This document shows positions 19,315 through 29,505 of a DNA stretch of 64,000 bases, piece after piece. Position 1 is the first letter of the stretch. Each line of letters opens with the position of its first letter. The notes under the pieces were generated by a model. The model was not told where the DNA came from, did no database searches, and saw nothing but the letters and a program-made list of their open reading frames with translations. Made by a program: the position numbers and the translations under genes. Origin of the DNA: Candidatus Gastranaerophilales bacterium (GTDB lineage: Bacteria > Cyanobacteriota > Vampirovibrionia > Gastranaerophilales > Gastranaerophilaceae); NCBI GenBank assembly GCA_944326605.1, contig CALVEM010000005.1:20447-84446 (forward strand), read 5' to 3'.

Positions 19315-20364
19315 ATGATTATAATAATGGAACGTACCGCAACAAAAGTTCAAATTCAGCGGGTTATAGACTTTTTAAGGGATAACGGTTTTGATATAAG
19401 ATTTAATCAGGGGCAAATTCATGCGGTAATTGATGCAATCGGTGATAAAACTACTGTTACACCCGGCAGGGTTTCTGCTTTTGACGGAGTAAAGGAAGTT
19501 AAAATAATCAGAGAGCCTTTCAGGCTGGCTTCCCGTGACAGAAAACCTGATGATACCGTTATAGAGTTTGCTAACGGAGTAAAAATAGGGGGCGGAAATA
19601 AACCTGTCGCAATGATTGGCCCTTGTTCGGTTGAAGAGGATTACGAAGGCCTTTTAAAAGTTGCACTTGCCGGAAAAGAGATGGGATGTGAGTTTTTAAG
19701 AGGCGGAGCTTTTAAACCCAGAACTTCTCCTTATGATTTCCAAGGATATGGCGAAAAAGCTTTAAAATATTTGAAAAGAGCAAGTCAGGAAACAGGACTT
19801 CTTGTTGTATCAGAGGTTATGGATGCTTCTGATTTAAGTATGATGTGTGATTATGTTGACGTATTGCAGATTGGCGCCAGAAACGTACAAAATTTTAAAC
19901 TCCTTCATGCTGTCGGCAGGTGCAGAAAACCTGTAATTTTAAAACGCGGTCTGGCAAGTACGATTAGAGAATTTTTGCTTGCTGCGGAACATATTATGTA
20001 TAACGGAAATCCTAACGTAATTCTTTGCGAGCGCGGAATAAGAAGTTTTGACAGTGCTTTTACACGTAATGTCATGGATATAGCATCAATTCCTGTTATC
20101 AAGAAATATTCACATCTTCCGATAATTGTGGATCCGAGCCACGGTACAGGTCAGCGTTACTTAATTGAACCCATGGCGAAGGCAGGTCTTGTCGTTGGTG
20201 CTGACGGTATTATGATAGAAGTTCACCATGACCCAGAAAATGCTTTGTCTGATGGAAAGCAAAGTTTACCTATCCCGATGTTTAAAGAGGTTATGGGAAG
20301 GATAAATAATTTTAACAACCATCTGCGCTATGAAAAAGAATGCTTATCAGTGAATGTTGAATAA
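19315..20364 (+). CDS. aroF: DAHP synthase (class I-beta) with N-terminal regulatory domain
   Basis: IGPCSVE, RGGAFKPRTSPYDFQG, IGARNVQNF, ILCERGIR, IVDPSHGTG. Confidence 0.95.
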   Translation: MIIIMERTATKVQIQRVIDFLRDNGFDIRFNQGQIHAVIDAIGDKTTVTPGRVSAFDGVKEVKIIREPFRLASRDRKPDDTVIEFANGVKIGGGNKPVAMIGPCSVEEDYEGLLKVALAGKEMGCEFLRGGAFKPRTSPYDFQGYGEKALKYLKRASQETGLLVVSEVMDASDLSMMCDYVDVLQIGARNVQNFKLLHAVGRCRKPVILKRGLASTIREFLLAAEHIMYNGNPNVILCERGIRSFDSAFTRNVMDIASIPVIKKYSHLPIIVDPSHGTGQRYLIEPMAKAGLVVGADGIMIEVHHDPENALSDGKQSLPIPMFKEVMGRINNFNNHLRYEKECLSVNVE

Positions 20365-20416
20365 ATGTTGGTCATATGATAAATTCATGTATAGAATAAA
20401 AGCAAGTCTCATTCAT

Positions 20417-20535
20417 GTCATCCTGAACGTCAGATTGACCTCTGTGTTTCAGGATCTCTTAACCGGAAGTAAGGACGCAAAGAGGCATAGATGCAAAGCT
20501 AATATCAATAATACATTATGTCGTAATTTTACAAA
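20417..20535 (+). repeat. Orphan copy of the pilin-leader module (REP palindrome with loop insertion + octamers + AAGCTAATATCAATAAT block)
   Basis: Matches 12818-12920 and 38729-38800 but no pilin gene follows. Confidence 0.75.
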
Positions 20536-20551
20536 ATTACCAGTGGTAATC

Positions 20552-22318
20552 TTAAGCGTTTCTCTGGAAAAATCCTGCAATTTCTTTGTGCGTAAAGAAT
20601 TTTACAATCGGACGTCCGTGTGGACAGGTGTAAGGCATTTTTGTCGTACGCCATTTTTTGACTATTTCCTGCATCTGCCATGTTGAAAGTTTTTGTCCGG
20701 CTTTTACTGATGCTTTGCAGGCAGTTGTTATGAGAATTTTTTCTTCCAGCCTGTCAATATTACCGTCAATATTTTCCAAGATATCTGCTAAAATTTCTTT
20801 GGGATTTACTTTTGCAATCATTTGCGGAACTTTTCTGAAAATAAGTTCGTTATCTTTTAAAAATTCTATTCCGAAACCGAATTTTTCAAATTTGTCAAGA
20901 TTTTCTTTTATAAGTTCCGCTTCGGTGCTTGAAACGGGGATGACATCCGACACAAAAAGCATCTGCGAAACAATATTTTTTTCAGACATAAGTTTTTCAT
21001 AAATATATCTTTCTTCTGCGATATGCTGGTCAATAATTTCCATTCCGTCGTCTTTTTCAACCAGAATGTAGGTATTTTTGTACTGCCCTATGATATTTTC
21101 TTCCGGCTCCTGTGTTGTCTCAACAGGTACAAAAAATTGTTTTTGCTCCTGCTGCTGTTGTGAAAATTTTTCTTCTTTCTCCTGCATAATTTTGTCGGAT
21201 ACGTAAATTGTATCGTTTGATTTGTCGAAGAAAATGTCGCCGGTACTTTCAAGTTTCGGCTGTACAAAATCAACAATATTTTCTCTGCCAGGTATTGCGG
21301 GCTGCTGATTGTGAGTTTGCTGTTTTTCTACATAATTCATTAAACCTGCTTGAATAGATGTGTATATAAAATTGAATACCTGATTAGGGTTTTTATAGCG
21401 GACTTCTTTTTTTGTCGGGTGAACGTTTACATCAACGTCTGACGGCGGTATCTCTAAATTCAATACTACAAAAGGATACTTCCCGTTTGCAATAAGACTT
21501 TTGTACGCTGTATCAATTGCTTTTTGGAAAACCGGACATTTTACGGTTCTTGAATTTATGTAAATATGATAACTTTTTTTGCTTGAACGGGTGTAATCAG
21601 GTGTGCTGACGTAACCGCTGATTTTCAACCCCGAAAGATTGTCGGTTTTCAAAACTTCTTTAAGATTTGAGGTAACATCAGATGAATAAACTTCTTTTAT
21701 GGTTTGAAGCAGATTGTTTTGTGCTGACGTTTTGAGGATTGTTTTGCCGAATTTTTTCAATTCAAATGAACATTCAGGATGTGCAAGCGCAATTGATTGA
21801 ACAAGCTCCTGAATGTATGAAAATTCAGTATTTGAACTCTTCAAAAATTTAAGACGTGCCGGCAGATTATAAAATAAATCTTTTATGTCCATAATTGTTC
21901 CGACAGCGCAGCCTGTTTCAACCTGTTTAACTTCCGAATTCTCGCATTTTACTTTTGTTCCTGTTTCAAAATCGGTTGTTCTTGTCGTGCAGGTCAATTT
22001 TGAAATAGAAATAATGCTTGATAAAGCTTCTCCTCTAAAGCCGAGCGTATGAATGTCGAACAAATCTTCATCCGTCGCAATTTTGCTTGTCGCATGTTTT
22101 GAAAATGCAAGCATAATATCATCGGGATGAATGCCCGAGCCGTTATCCGCAACCCTTATATCACGGCAGTCATTGTTGATTTCAATGCTGATTTTTGTAG
22201 CGCCTGCATCAACTGAATTTTCCACAAGTTCTTTAACAACCGATGCAGGCCGTTCGATAACTTCTCCTGCTGCAATCTGGTTTATCAAGTGTTTAGATAG
22301 TTGTTTAATCCTCGCCAT
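20552..22318 (-). CDS. mutL: DNA mismatch repair protein MutL
   Basis: NQIAAGEVIERPASVVKELVENS, GFRGEAL, DQHIAEER, CPHGRP; start taken at ATG 22318. Confidence 0.97.
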   Translation of the reverse strand: MARIKQLSKHLINQIAAGEVIERPASVVKELVENSVDAGATKISIEINNDCRDIRVADNGSGIHPDDIMLAFSKHATSKIATDEDLFDIHTLGFRGEALSSIISISKLTCTTRTTDFETGTKVKCENSEVKQVETGCAVGTIMDIKDLFYNLPARLKFLKSSNTEFSYIQELVQSIALAHPECSFELKKFGKTILKTSAQNNLLQTIKEVYSSDVTSNLKEVLKTDNLSGLKISGYVSTPDYTRSSKKSYHIYINSRTVKCPVFQKAIDTAYKSLIANGKYPFVVLNLEIPPSDVDVNVHPTKKEVRYKNPNQVFNFIYTSIQAGLMNYVEKQQTHNQQPAIPGRENIVDFVQPKLESTGDIFFDKSNDTIYVSDKIMQEKEEKFSQQQQEQKQFFVPVETTQEPEENIIGQYKNTYILVEKDDGMEIIDQHIAEERYIYEKLMSEKNIVSQMLFVSDVIPVSSTEAELIKENLDKFEKFGFGIEFLKDNELIFRKVPQMIAKVNPKEILADILENIDGNIDRLEEKILITTACKASVKAGQKLSTWQMQEIVKKWRTTKMPYTCPHGRPIVKFFTHKEIAGFFQRNA

Positions 22319-22407
22319 ATCCGCTTCCCTCAATCTTTATCTCAATCTACATCAAACACAAATTCATCTAAATGTTTGATTACAAATTTGAAACATTTCT
22401 ATAAAAT

Positions 22408-22447
22408 TAGGACGTTAAGACTATAAGACGCTAAGGCGATAAGTCTT
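22408..22447. repeat. Octamer tandem array (TAAGACGN family)
   Basis: TAGGACGT TAAGACTA TAAGACGC TAAGGCGA TAAGTCTT; a sister array lies at 54544-54575. Confidence 0.7.
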
Positions 22448-22476
22448 TTACATATTAAAATCAGGGAGAAAAGGAC

Positions 22477-23349
22477 TTGGGAAACGCTAGAATTAACACA
22501 AAATTAAAACCTTCAAAAAAAGCTGATTTGCAGGTAGTAAAACCTGTCAAAACTACACGCTACAGCGACATTGATTTGAATAACTGGAAAGCTTACGAGC
22601 ATGTTAAAACCGATACTTTGTGGGAATTTCCGGCACGTTTAAGGGAAGGCGGGCATTCTAACGAATATCACGGGAATTATATTCCACAGATTGCCCAGCA
22701 GCTTTACGAAAGATTTACAAAGAGAAATGATGTAGTGCTTGACCTGTTTTTCGGTTCCGGAACATCAGGAATTGAAGCTGTTAATATGGGCAGACGCTGT
22801 ATCGGTGTTGAACTTAAAGACGAATTGGCGGAAAGCGTCTCTGAAAAATTTACCCCCAAACAGCTTGTAACTGATGTAAGAATAATTTGTGCGGATTCAG
22901 CCTCTGAAGAAGCAAAAGAAAAAGTTCAGGCAAGTCTTGATATTATGAGAGAAGAAAAAGCCCAGTTTTTAATTCTTCATCCGCCTTATGATGATATTAT
23001 CAAGTTCTCTGACAGAAAAGAAGATTTATCTAATTGTGACACAACTGAAGAATTTTACGATCTGTTTGAAAAAGTTGCCAAAAACGGCTATGATATGCTT
23101 GAAAAAGGACGTTTTGCCGCTCTTATCATCGGCGACAGCTACAAAAATTCCGAAGTTCAGCCTCTTGGGTTTGAATGCATGGCAAGAATGATGAAACTTG
23201 GATTTCGTCTCAAAGGCATTATTGTAAAAGATATTCAGGGCAACGAACGGGCTAAAGGCAAAACCGCAAACCTCTGGCGTTATAGGGCACTCGCCGGCGG
23301 CTTCTTTATCTTTAAACACGAATATGTAATGGTGTTTGAAAAGAAATAA
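22477..23349 (+). CDS. Orphan N4/N6 DNA methyltransferase-family protein
   Basis: HGNYIPQI, VLDLFFGSGTS (motif I), LHPPY (motif IV), KHEYVMVF. Confidence 0.8.
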   Translation: MGNARINTKLKPSKKADLQVVKPVKTTRYSDIDLNNWKAYEHVKTDTLWEFPARLREGGHSNEYHGNYIPQIAQQLYERFTKRNDVVLDLFFGSGTSGIEAVNMGRRCIGVELKDELAESVSEKFTPKQLVTDVRIICADSASEEAKEKVQASLDIMREEKAQFLILHPPYDDIIKFSDRKEDLSNCDTTEEFYDLFEKVAKNGYDMLEKGRFAALIIGDSYKNSEVQPLGFECMARMMKLGFRLKGIIVKDIQGNERAKGKTANLWRYRALAGGFFIFKHEYVMVFEKK

Positions 23350-23369
23350 GTTAAAAATTTCTGCTTATA

Positions 23370-23706
23370 ATTTTGTATAAGAAGGACAATTTTCTTGTTA
23401 AATTCAGGTAATTTATCTTTAATAGTTTTCCAAATTATTTCATAATCAACACCAAAATAATCGTGTTATTAATTTGTCTCTCATTCCGGCAATTTGTCTG
23501 AATGGAATATCTGGATATTTATTCCTAAAATTTTCGGGAAGATTTTTTACAGCTTCTCCAATTATTTCAAAATTTCGTTCTACAGCATCTTTTATCATGT
23601 CATTTGATACAAAGTCTTTAAAATCAATGTCAGCTGTATATTTGAATATTTTTAAAATCGAATTTTCTATATCTTCTAAAAAGAGTAAAGGATTTTTTTT
23701 CTTCAT
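23370..23706 (-). pseudogene. HepT/DUF86 HEPN RNase toxin, frameshifted at the R-X4-H motif (3' end approximate)
   Basis: DAVERNFEIIGEA...GMRDKLI, then an extra A at 23466/7; the shifted frame reads HDYFGVDYEIIWKTIKDKLPEF. Confidence 0.85.
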
Positions 23707-24011
23707 AGAACAATTGCTTCCTGTAGAATTTTATCTTTAATAAATTTTTTTAGACTATTAGATGTTCCTAAGTCTATTTTTTTGTTAAAAATTTTGGAAA
23801 GGTAATCTTGCAAATCAATAAAATCAAACATATCAATAGGCTGCGTAAAGTTTACAAGCAGGTCAATATCACTATCAGCTGTCTGTTGATTTTTAGCATA
23901 AGAACCGAATAACAAAAATTGATCTACAAAATATTTTTCTGCAAAATAATTCTTATTATCATTGAGAATTTTTTTAATTTGTTCAATAGTGTATACTTTT
24001 TTATTTTTCAT
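23703..24011 (-). CDS. MNT (minimal nucleotidyltransferase) antitoxin
   Basis: LFGSYAKNQQTADSDIDLLV; 4-nt overlap with the HEPN gene. Confidence 0.92.
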   Translation of the reverse strand: MKNKKVYTIEQIKKILNDNKNYFAEKYFVDQFLLFGSYAKNQQTADSDIDLLVNFTQPIDMFDFIDLQDYLSKIFNKKIDLGTSNSLKKFIKDKILQEAIVL

Positions 24012-24050
24012 ACATATTATTATACCATATTTTTAAAATTATTGTATAGT

Positions 24051-24889
24051 TTAATAATCTATTTTCCCTTTAGTGAGTATTGTAACACCTCTGCCCCAGC
24101 CGTTCGGATCATCTACTCTTGCGGTTGTATCTTCATGCCCTCGTGGTATAATCCCGTTTTGTGTAATATAAAAATCAAAAATGTCATATCCTACAGTATT
24201 AGGATTTTTGGTTCCGTTTACATCAACACGAATTCTTCCGCATCCGATAGGTTTTTTAAGTTCTGTTGTCCCTGTGCAGCTGCTGTTAATATGATAAAAA
24301 CGTAACGTTGCTCCGTCAGGAGTAGTGAGAGTTGAGCCAGTATCCCCATTCACAATAGTCCCGTTAAGATGTTTATACGAATCAACATAACATCTGGTTA
24401 TTTCTTCACTTGTTCTGCATACCTTAACATTTTTAATATATTTTGAAAAAACATCAATATAACTGTTATCTGATGTGAATACACCCTCTACAGTGCCTCC
24501 GTTATCGTTTGCTATCATCATATAAGCCTGCGAAATAACAGAATAAGCTTTTTTATACTGTGCAACAAGCTCCTTTTTCTGCGTATTATTTATAATAGTA
24601 GGCATAGTCATAGCGGCAACCACACCGATAATACCGAGTGTGATGAGGACTTCTGCTAAGGTGAAAGCGACTTTTTTACGATGTGAATAAGTAAATAAGT
24701 GAATATGTGAATAAGTTCGTTTCAGGAAAATATTAATGTCATCCTGAACTCGTTTCAGGATCTCTTGAACGCCGGATTGACCTTCGGACTTCTTAACCTC
24801 CGTCAGTCTTAACTTTAAAACCCTGTAACCCCTTGTTACATCTTTATCCTGTTGGGGGGGGGGCAACTCAGAGCTTCTCTGTTAAACAT
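24051..24889 (-). CDS. Type IV pilin-like protein, locus B, frameshifted at C10 (putative phase OFF)
   Basis: GGAG RBS, ATG 24889 reads MFNREALSCPPPNRIKM*; C11 or C8 joins it to QQDKDVTR...VAFTLAEVLITLGIIG. Confidence 0.85.
24854..24863 (-). repeat. Homopolymer C10 (G10 on +) at codons 9-12 of pilin locus B
   Basis: Directly counted. Confidence 0.95.
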
Positions 24890-25278
24890 ATTCCAACTCC
24901 TTCTTTTTTATTTTATTATTTATGATTTTTTAAGGTTTGTCAAGTTGCTTCTCAATGATAAATAAAATCTTAGTTTAGTTTTGAAGGTTATAAAATCTCA
25001 TGCATTTAAAGGATAAAATCTTCAAAAATATAGTTTATTCTAATAATGTACATCAAAGGCATGCCAAAAAGTATAAAAGGCATGGTGTAAAAGGGACAAT
25101 ATTACAAAATATTAACCAAACTTGAAGAAATGTTAAAACTGCTCAAACCATGATGTCATCATGGTTTTCAGGGAAAAAATATCAGCGGGAAGAGGTTAGA
25201 AATAAAAAAGTTGTCCATACATGATGTATAGAGTACAATTAATACTATATTCAACTTCTTGTAGAGGTAGGATGATTA

Positions 25279-25944
25279 TTGATGCAGAACAGAGTAGAAC
25301 AAAATCTTTTACAAATACAGGAAGACATCGCACCTTATAAATCAAATATAATCGCAGTTACGAAGTATTTTGACGAAAGTGCTATAATCGCTGCATATAA
25401 TGCAGGATTAAGAAATTTCGCAGAATCAAGGGTAGTTGAAGCTGTAAAGAAGATTGAAAATCTTCCCTCAGAAATAAGGAATAATTCAAAATTTCACTTT
25501 ATCGGACATCTTCAAACAAACAAAGTTAAAAAAGCAGTTGCAAATTTTGATTATATCCATTCTGTCGATTCGGTTAAACTTGCCAAAGTAATATCGGAAG
25601 AAGCTCAAAATGCCGGGAAAATCCAAAATGTTCTGCTTGAAATTAATATTGCAGGCGAAGAACAAAAATACGGTTTTACCGAAAACGAAATTTTTGAAGA
25701 ATTCACCTCTTTAATTGAGCTTTCTGGTATTAATATCGCAGGTTTGATGTGTATGACGCCTCTGGGGGCATCTGAAAAAACACAGGATGAAGTATTTTCG
25801 GAAATTGTTCAATTAAAAAAGCAGCTTGAAGCTAAATTTAATTATCCATTAAAAGAATTGTCAATGGGGATGAGTCAGGATTATAAAGAGGCAGCTAAAT
25901 TCGGTGCAACGATGTTAAGGATTGGTAGAAAATTATTTAATTAA
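25279..25944 (+). CDS. yggS: PLP-binding protein YggS/PLPBP
   Basis: IAVTKY, HFIGHLQTNK, GLMCM, LSMGMSQDY, GATMLRIG. Confidence 0.96.
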   Translation: MMQNRVEQNLLQIQEDIAPYKSNIIAVTKYFDESAIIAAYNAGLRNFAESRVVEAVKKIENLPSEIRNNSKFHFIGHLQTNKVKKAVANFDYIHSVDSVKLAKVISEEAQNAGKIQNVLLEINIAGEEQKYGFTENEIFEEFTSLIELSGINIAGLMCMTPLGASEKTQDEVFSEIVQLKKQLEAKFNYPLKELSMGMSQDYKEAAKFGATMLRIGRKLFN

Positions 25945-25968
25945 AGTAAGATAAACGGAGGAAAAACG

Positions 25969-26469
25969 GTGGCAGCAGTAACAGACAAAATTAAATCAGT
26001 AGTGGATTTTTTAGTAAAAGGATTTGAACCCAGAGAAACAATTTTCGACGAAATGGCACAGGAAGTAGAAGATGATTATCCTGTACAGGACAATCTGGCA
26101 ATTGACCCTTCTTATTCTTATCAGCCTGCAATGGACAGAACTAATGAATTAAAAGTTGTAAATCATCCGAGTTTCAAGGGTTATGAAGTTAAGGTTATGG
26201 AACCGAGATCATTTGAAGATGCTGCAACAATTGTTCAACACCTCAGAAATAGAAAGACCATTGTTTTGAACCTTCATCTTTTAGATAAAGAACAATCTCA
26301 AAGAACAATTGACTTTGTTTGCGGTGCAGCTCATGCATTGGACGGCAAACCTCAAAAAGTCGGAGATCTTGTATTTGTATTTACGCCGAGCAATGTTACT
26401 TTGTCTGTTGATGTTTCGGCAAACCAGAACAAATTTAATGACTCTTTGTGGAGAGCTCCTTTACAGTAG
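25969..26469 (+). CDS. sepF: Cell division protein SepF
   Basis: EPRSFEDA...IVLNL...QRTIDFVCGAAHALDG...FVFTPSNV. Confidence 0.95.
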   Translation: MAAVTDKIKSVVDFLVKGFEPRETIFDEMAQEVEDDYPVQDNLAIDPSYSYQPAMDRTNELKVVNHPSFKGYEVKVMEPRSFEDAATIVQHLRNRKTIVLNLHLLDKEQSQRTIDFVCGAAHALDGKPQKVGDLVFVFTPSNVTLSVDVSANQNKFNDSLWRAPLQ

Positions 26470-26526
26470 CAGCTGTACTCTGCAAAAGAGTAATATATTA
26501 TGAGAAAGAGAGAGATAGTTGAATAT

Positions 26527-26550
26527 GAGGCATTTAATGCCTCTTTTTTT
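26527..26550 (+). terminator. Intrinsic terminator after sepF
   Basis: GAGGCA-TTTAA-TGCCTC followed by a T run. Confidence 0.75.
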
Positions 26551-26557
26551 TATGTTG

Positions 26558-26586
26558 TTGTAAATTTATAAAAAATTTGCTATAAT
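26558..26586 (+). promoter_or_regulatory. Sigma-70 promoter of the intact pilin gene
   Basis: TTGTAA-N17-TATAAT with a TG extension. Confidence 0.65.
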
Positions 26587-26614
26587 TTATATATAGCAAT
26601 GGAGATTAGGGGAT

Positions 26615-27271
26615 ATGGATAAGATAACATTTTTACAAAAAAGAAGAGTTGCTTTTACACTTGCGGAAGTTCTGGTGACACTCGGGATAATCGGAGTTGT
26701 ATCTGCGATGACCGTTCCTACATTAATGCAAAATCATCAGCGCAAGGTTTATGTAACGCAGCTGCATAAGGTTTATAATGAGATGCAGCAGGCTGCGATT
26801 AATTTAATGAACGACAGGAATGCAGTAAATTTAACCGAAGCAGGTATAAATTCAACTGCTACAGCTCGAACGCTTGTTACAAGTAATTTCAATATTATTC
26901 AAACATGTACTAACTCTCTTACACCTTGTTTTGCGGATGCATACAAGTTTGTGGACGGAACGAATTATGATATATCAGCACACATTGCTACTTCTTATTC
27001 ATTGTCAAGCGGCGCTGCTGTCAGAATGCTTTACTCTAAAGAGAATAATAATAAAATTGTGAATATTCTGGTAGATATAAACGGCTCACAAGGTCCAAAT
27101 ATTATCGGCAGGGATGCTTTTTATATGGCTTTGTATAATAACGGAACTATTGATACTTATAATGGCAGTGCGACTTCACTCCCGTTAACTGAAGAACAGC
27201 GTGAAGGCGCCGGCTCTGAGTGGGGACCTTTCGGACGAATTCTCAACGATAACTGGGAAATGAATTATTAG
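26615..27271 (+). CDS. Type IV pilin-like protein with short leader (intact)
   Basis: MDKITFLQKRRVA|FTLAEVLVTLGIIGVVSAMT; family motif VDINGSQGPNIIGRDAF. Confidence 0.92.
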   Translation: MDKITFLQKRRVAFTLAEVLVTLGIIGVVSAMTVPTLMQNHQRKVYVTQLHKVYNEMQQAAINLMNDRNAVNLTEAGINSTATARTLVTSNFNIIQTCTNSLTPCFADAYKFVDGTNYDISAHIATSYSLSSGAAVRMLYSKENNNKIVNILVDINGSQGPNIIGRDAFYMALYNNGTIDTYNGSATSLPLTEEQREGAGSEWGPFGRILNDNWEMNY

Positions 27272-27319
27272 TTTTTAAAATTTGCTTCAAATCTGATATT
27301 ATGTTATATTTTCTTCGTT

Positions 27320-28120
27320 ATGATTATGAAGAGTTTCGCAGTATGTTTTAATCCGAATGTTGCGCATTCTGTTGAAGTAAAAGACAAACTTTTAAATATC
27401 CTGTCATCAAAAGGAATAAAAGCAGTGGCTCTTGATATTGACGGATTAAAGGAAGGTTTTGACTTTGCGTTTGTCATCGGCGGTGACGGTACGATATTAA
27501 AAACGGCGAGATACTATGCAAAATCTCAAACTCCTGTGTTCGGCATAAATTTAGGACGTTTAGGCTTTCTTTCCCAATCATCAAAGGAAGATATTGAAAA
27601 ATCGGTTGACAAAATTTTAAACGGAGAATTTATTATTGAAGACAGAATTATGCTGCAGTCAGGAAATTATACTGCGCTTAATGATTTTGTTTTAAAGTGT
27701 TCTTCTGCCGGCAGAACATCAAAATTTATCTTGAAAATTAACGGCAGCCCTGTTTGTGACTATCTTGCAGACGGAATAATAATTTCAACGCCGACAGGCT
27801 CTACTGCCTACGGGCTTTCAGCGGGAGGTCCTGTTTTGACACCCTCTTTAAAAGTTTTTGTAATTGTCCCTATATGCCCTCATACTCTGACAGCCCGCCC
27901 GCTTGTGATTTCCGATACCGAAAAAATTACGATTTGCGTGGATGAAGCCAAAGAACACTGTCTATACGCTGACGGACAGGAAACAATGGTATTTAATAAA
28001 GAAATTAATATTGAAAAATCAAGTAATAAAGTTAAACTGGCTCTTCTTGAAAATTCTGATTTTTATTCGGTATTGAGCGACAAACTCCACTGGGGTGCCC
28101 CTCTTAAATATAATTATTAA
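27320..28120 (+). CDS. nadK: NAD kinase
   Basis: GGDGTIL, GINLGRLGFL, ALND, ADGIIISTPTGSTAYGLSAGGP. Confidence 0.96.
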   Translation: MIMKSFAVCFNPNVAHSVEVKDKLLNILSSKGIKAVALDIDGLKEGFDFAFVIGGDGTILKTARYYAKSQTPVFGINLGRLGFLSQSSKEDIEKSVDKILNGEFIIEDRIMLQSGNYTALNDFVLKCSSAGRTSKFILKINGSPVCDYLADGIIISTPTGSTAYGLSAGGPVLTPSLKVFVIVPICPHTLTARPLVISDTEKITICVDEAKEHCLYADGQETMVFNKEINIEKSSNKVKLALLENSDFYSVLSDKLHWGAPLKYNY

Positions 28121-28230
28121 TTTTTGTTCATAATTTTTCATTATTTCTTGTACTTTTTTTCTATTTAAAATAGTATGTTATTATACTATTGTAGATGTCT
28201 AATTATACAATTATATAAAGAGGTAAAAAA

Positions 28231-29415
28231 GTGGAAAATTTCGTATCAGATATCTTTGCTAAAAAAGATGAAACAACAAGCAATGATCAAGCTCAAAGGT
28301 CTCCTGTTAACCCGACAAAAATTAAAGTTATAGGTGTTGGCGGCGGCGGCGGCAATGCCGTTAATCGAATGATAAAAGCAGGACTTTCAGGTGTAGAGTT
28401 CTGGTTAATGAATACAGATTTACAAGTTCTGGAATACGGTCAGACAAAAAATAGAATTCAGCTTGGCGCTAAATCAACAAACGGTTTAGGTGCAGGCGGT
28501 GATCCTTCTGTTGGCGAAAAAGCAGCAGAAGAAGCTCAGCAGGAAATTACAGAAGCTTTAGACGGCGCAGATATGGTATTTATTACAGCCGGAATGGGCG
28601 GCGGAACAGGTACCGGTGCAGCTCCTGTTGTTGCTAAAATCGCAAAAGAATTAGGAATTTTGACAATTGCGGTTGTTACAAAACCCTTTACCTGGGAAGG
28701 AAGAAAAAGACAAAATCAAGCTAATCAGGGTTTAGAAAAACTCAGAGAAGCTGTAGATGCAGTTATTGTTGTTCCTAACGACAAATTACTTCAGGTAGTT
28801 GACAGACAAGTATCTTTAACTGAATCATTTATCATTGTTGATGAAGTTCTTTTAAGAGGTGTTCAAGGTATTTCTGATATCATTACGGTTCCCGGACTTA
28901 TTAACGTTGACTTTGCAGATGTCAAATGTGTTATGCAGGCATCAGGTTCGGCTCTTATGGGTATCGGCCGCGGTCAGGGCGAAGGCAGAGCTGTTAAAGC
29001 TGCTGAAATCGCTATTAATTCACAGCTTCTTGAATCTTCAATTAACGGTGCAACAGGCGTAATCGTTAATATTACAGGCGGACCTGATATGACATTGCAC
29101 GAAATTTCAGATGCAGCAAATATTATTCACGATGCTGTAAATGATGACGCAACCGTTATTATCGGTACTGCTGTTAATGAAAATATTCAGGGTGAAATTC
29201 AGATTACCGTTATCGCAACAGGTTTTGAATTGAAAAATCAGCAGCCTGAACCGAAAACTGATGTAAAACAGCTTAGTGCTTCTGATTTCTTCGCAGGAAC
29301 ATTTAACAATTCATCTGTTTCTTCAAATTCACAGCCTCAAGTCAGAAGATCTTCAATGCCCGATGTTTCACCGAGCTTTACAAACATTGAAATCCCTGAT
29401 TTCTTGAAGAAATAG
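28231..29415 (+). CDS. ftsZ: Cell division protein FtsZ
   Basis: [42 protein letters not shown]. Confidence 0.99.
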   Translation: MENFVSDIFAKKDETTSNDQAQRSPVNPTKIKVIGVGGGGGNAVNRMIKAGLSGVEFWLMNTDLQVLEYGQTKNRIQLGAKSTNGLGAGGDPSVGEKAAEEAQQEITEALDGADMVFITAGMGGGTGTGAAPVVAKIAKELGILTIAVVTKPFTWEGRKRQNQANQGLEKLREAVDAVIVVPNDKLLQVVDRQVSLTESFIIVDEVLLRGVQGISDIITVPGLINVDFADVKCVMQASGSALMGIGRGQGEGRAVKAAEIAINSQLLESSINGATGVIVNITGGPDMTLHEISDAANIIHDAVNDDATVIIGTAVNENIQGEIQITVIATGFELKNQQPEPKTDVKQLSASDFFAGTFNNSSVSSNSQPQVRRSSMPDVSPSFTNIEIPDFLKK

Positions 29416-29468
29416 TAAGTGTAAAGAGTTAAAATCACACTAACAACAGCTGGAATATGAAAAAGATA

Positions 29469-29505
29469 GAAAGAGAATCGATTTTATTAAAGTCGGTTCT
29501 CTTTC
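29469..29505 (+). terminator. Hairpin terminator after ftsZ
   Basis: GAAAGAGAATCGAT...GTCGGTTCTCTTTC. Confidence 0.6.

Noticed and set aside
20354-20686. 110-aa ORF containing the leader-like peptide as a real gene
   Set aside because: It overlaps mutL antisense by 135 nt and aroF at its start; treated as a repeat module.
28338-28353. GGC repeat in ftsZ as a slippage tract
   Set aside because: It encodes the universal GVGGGGGN motif.
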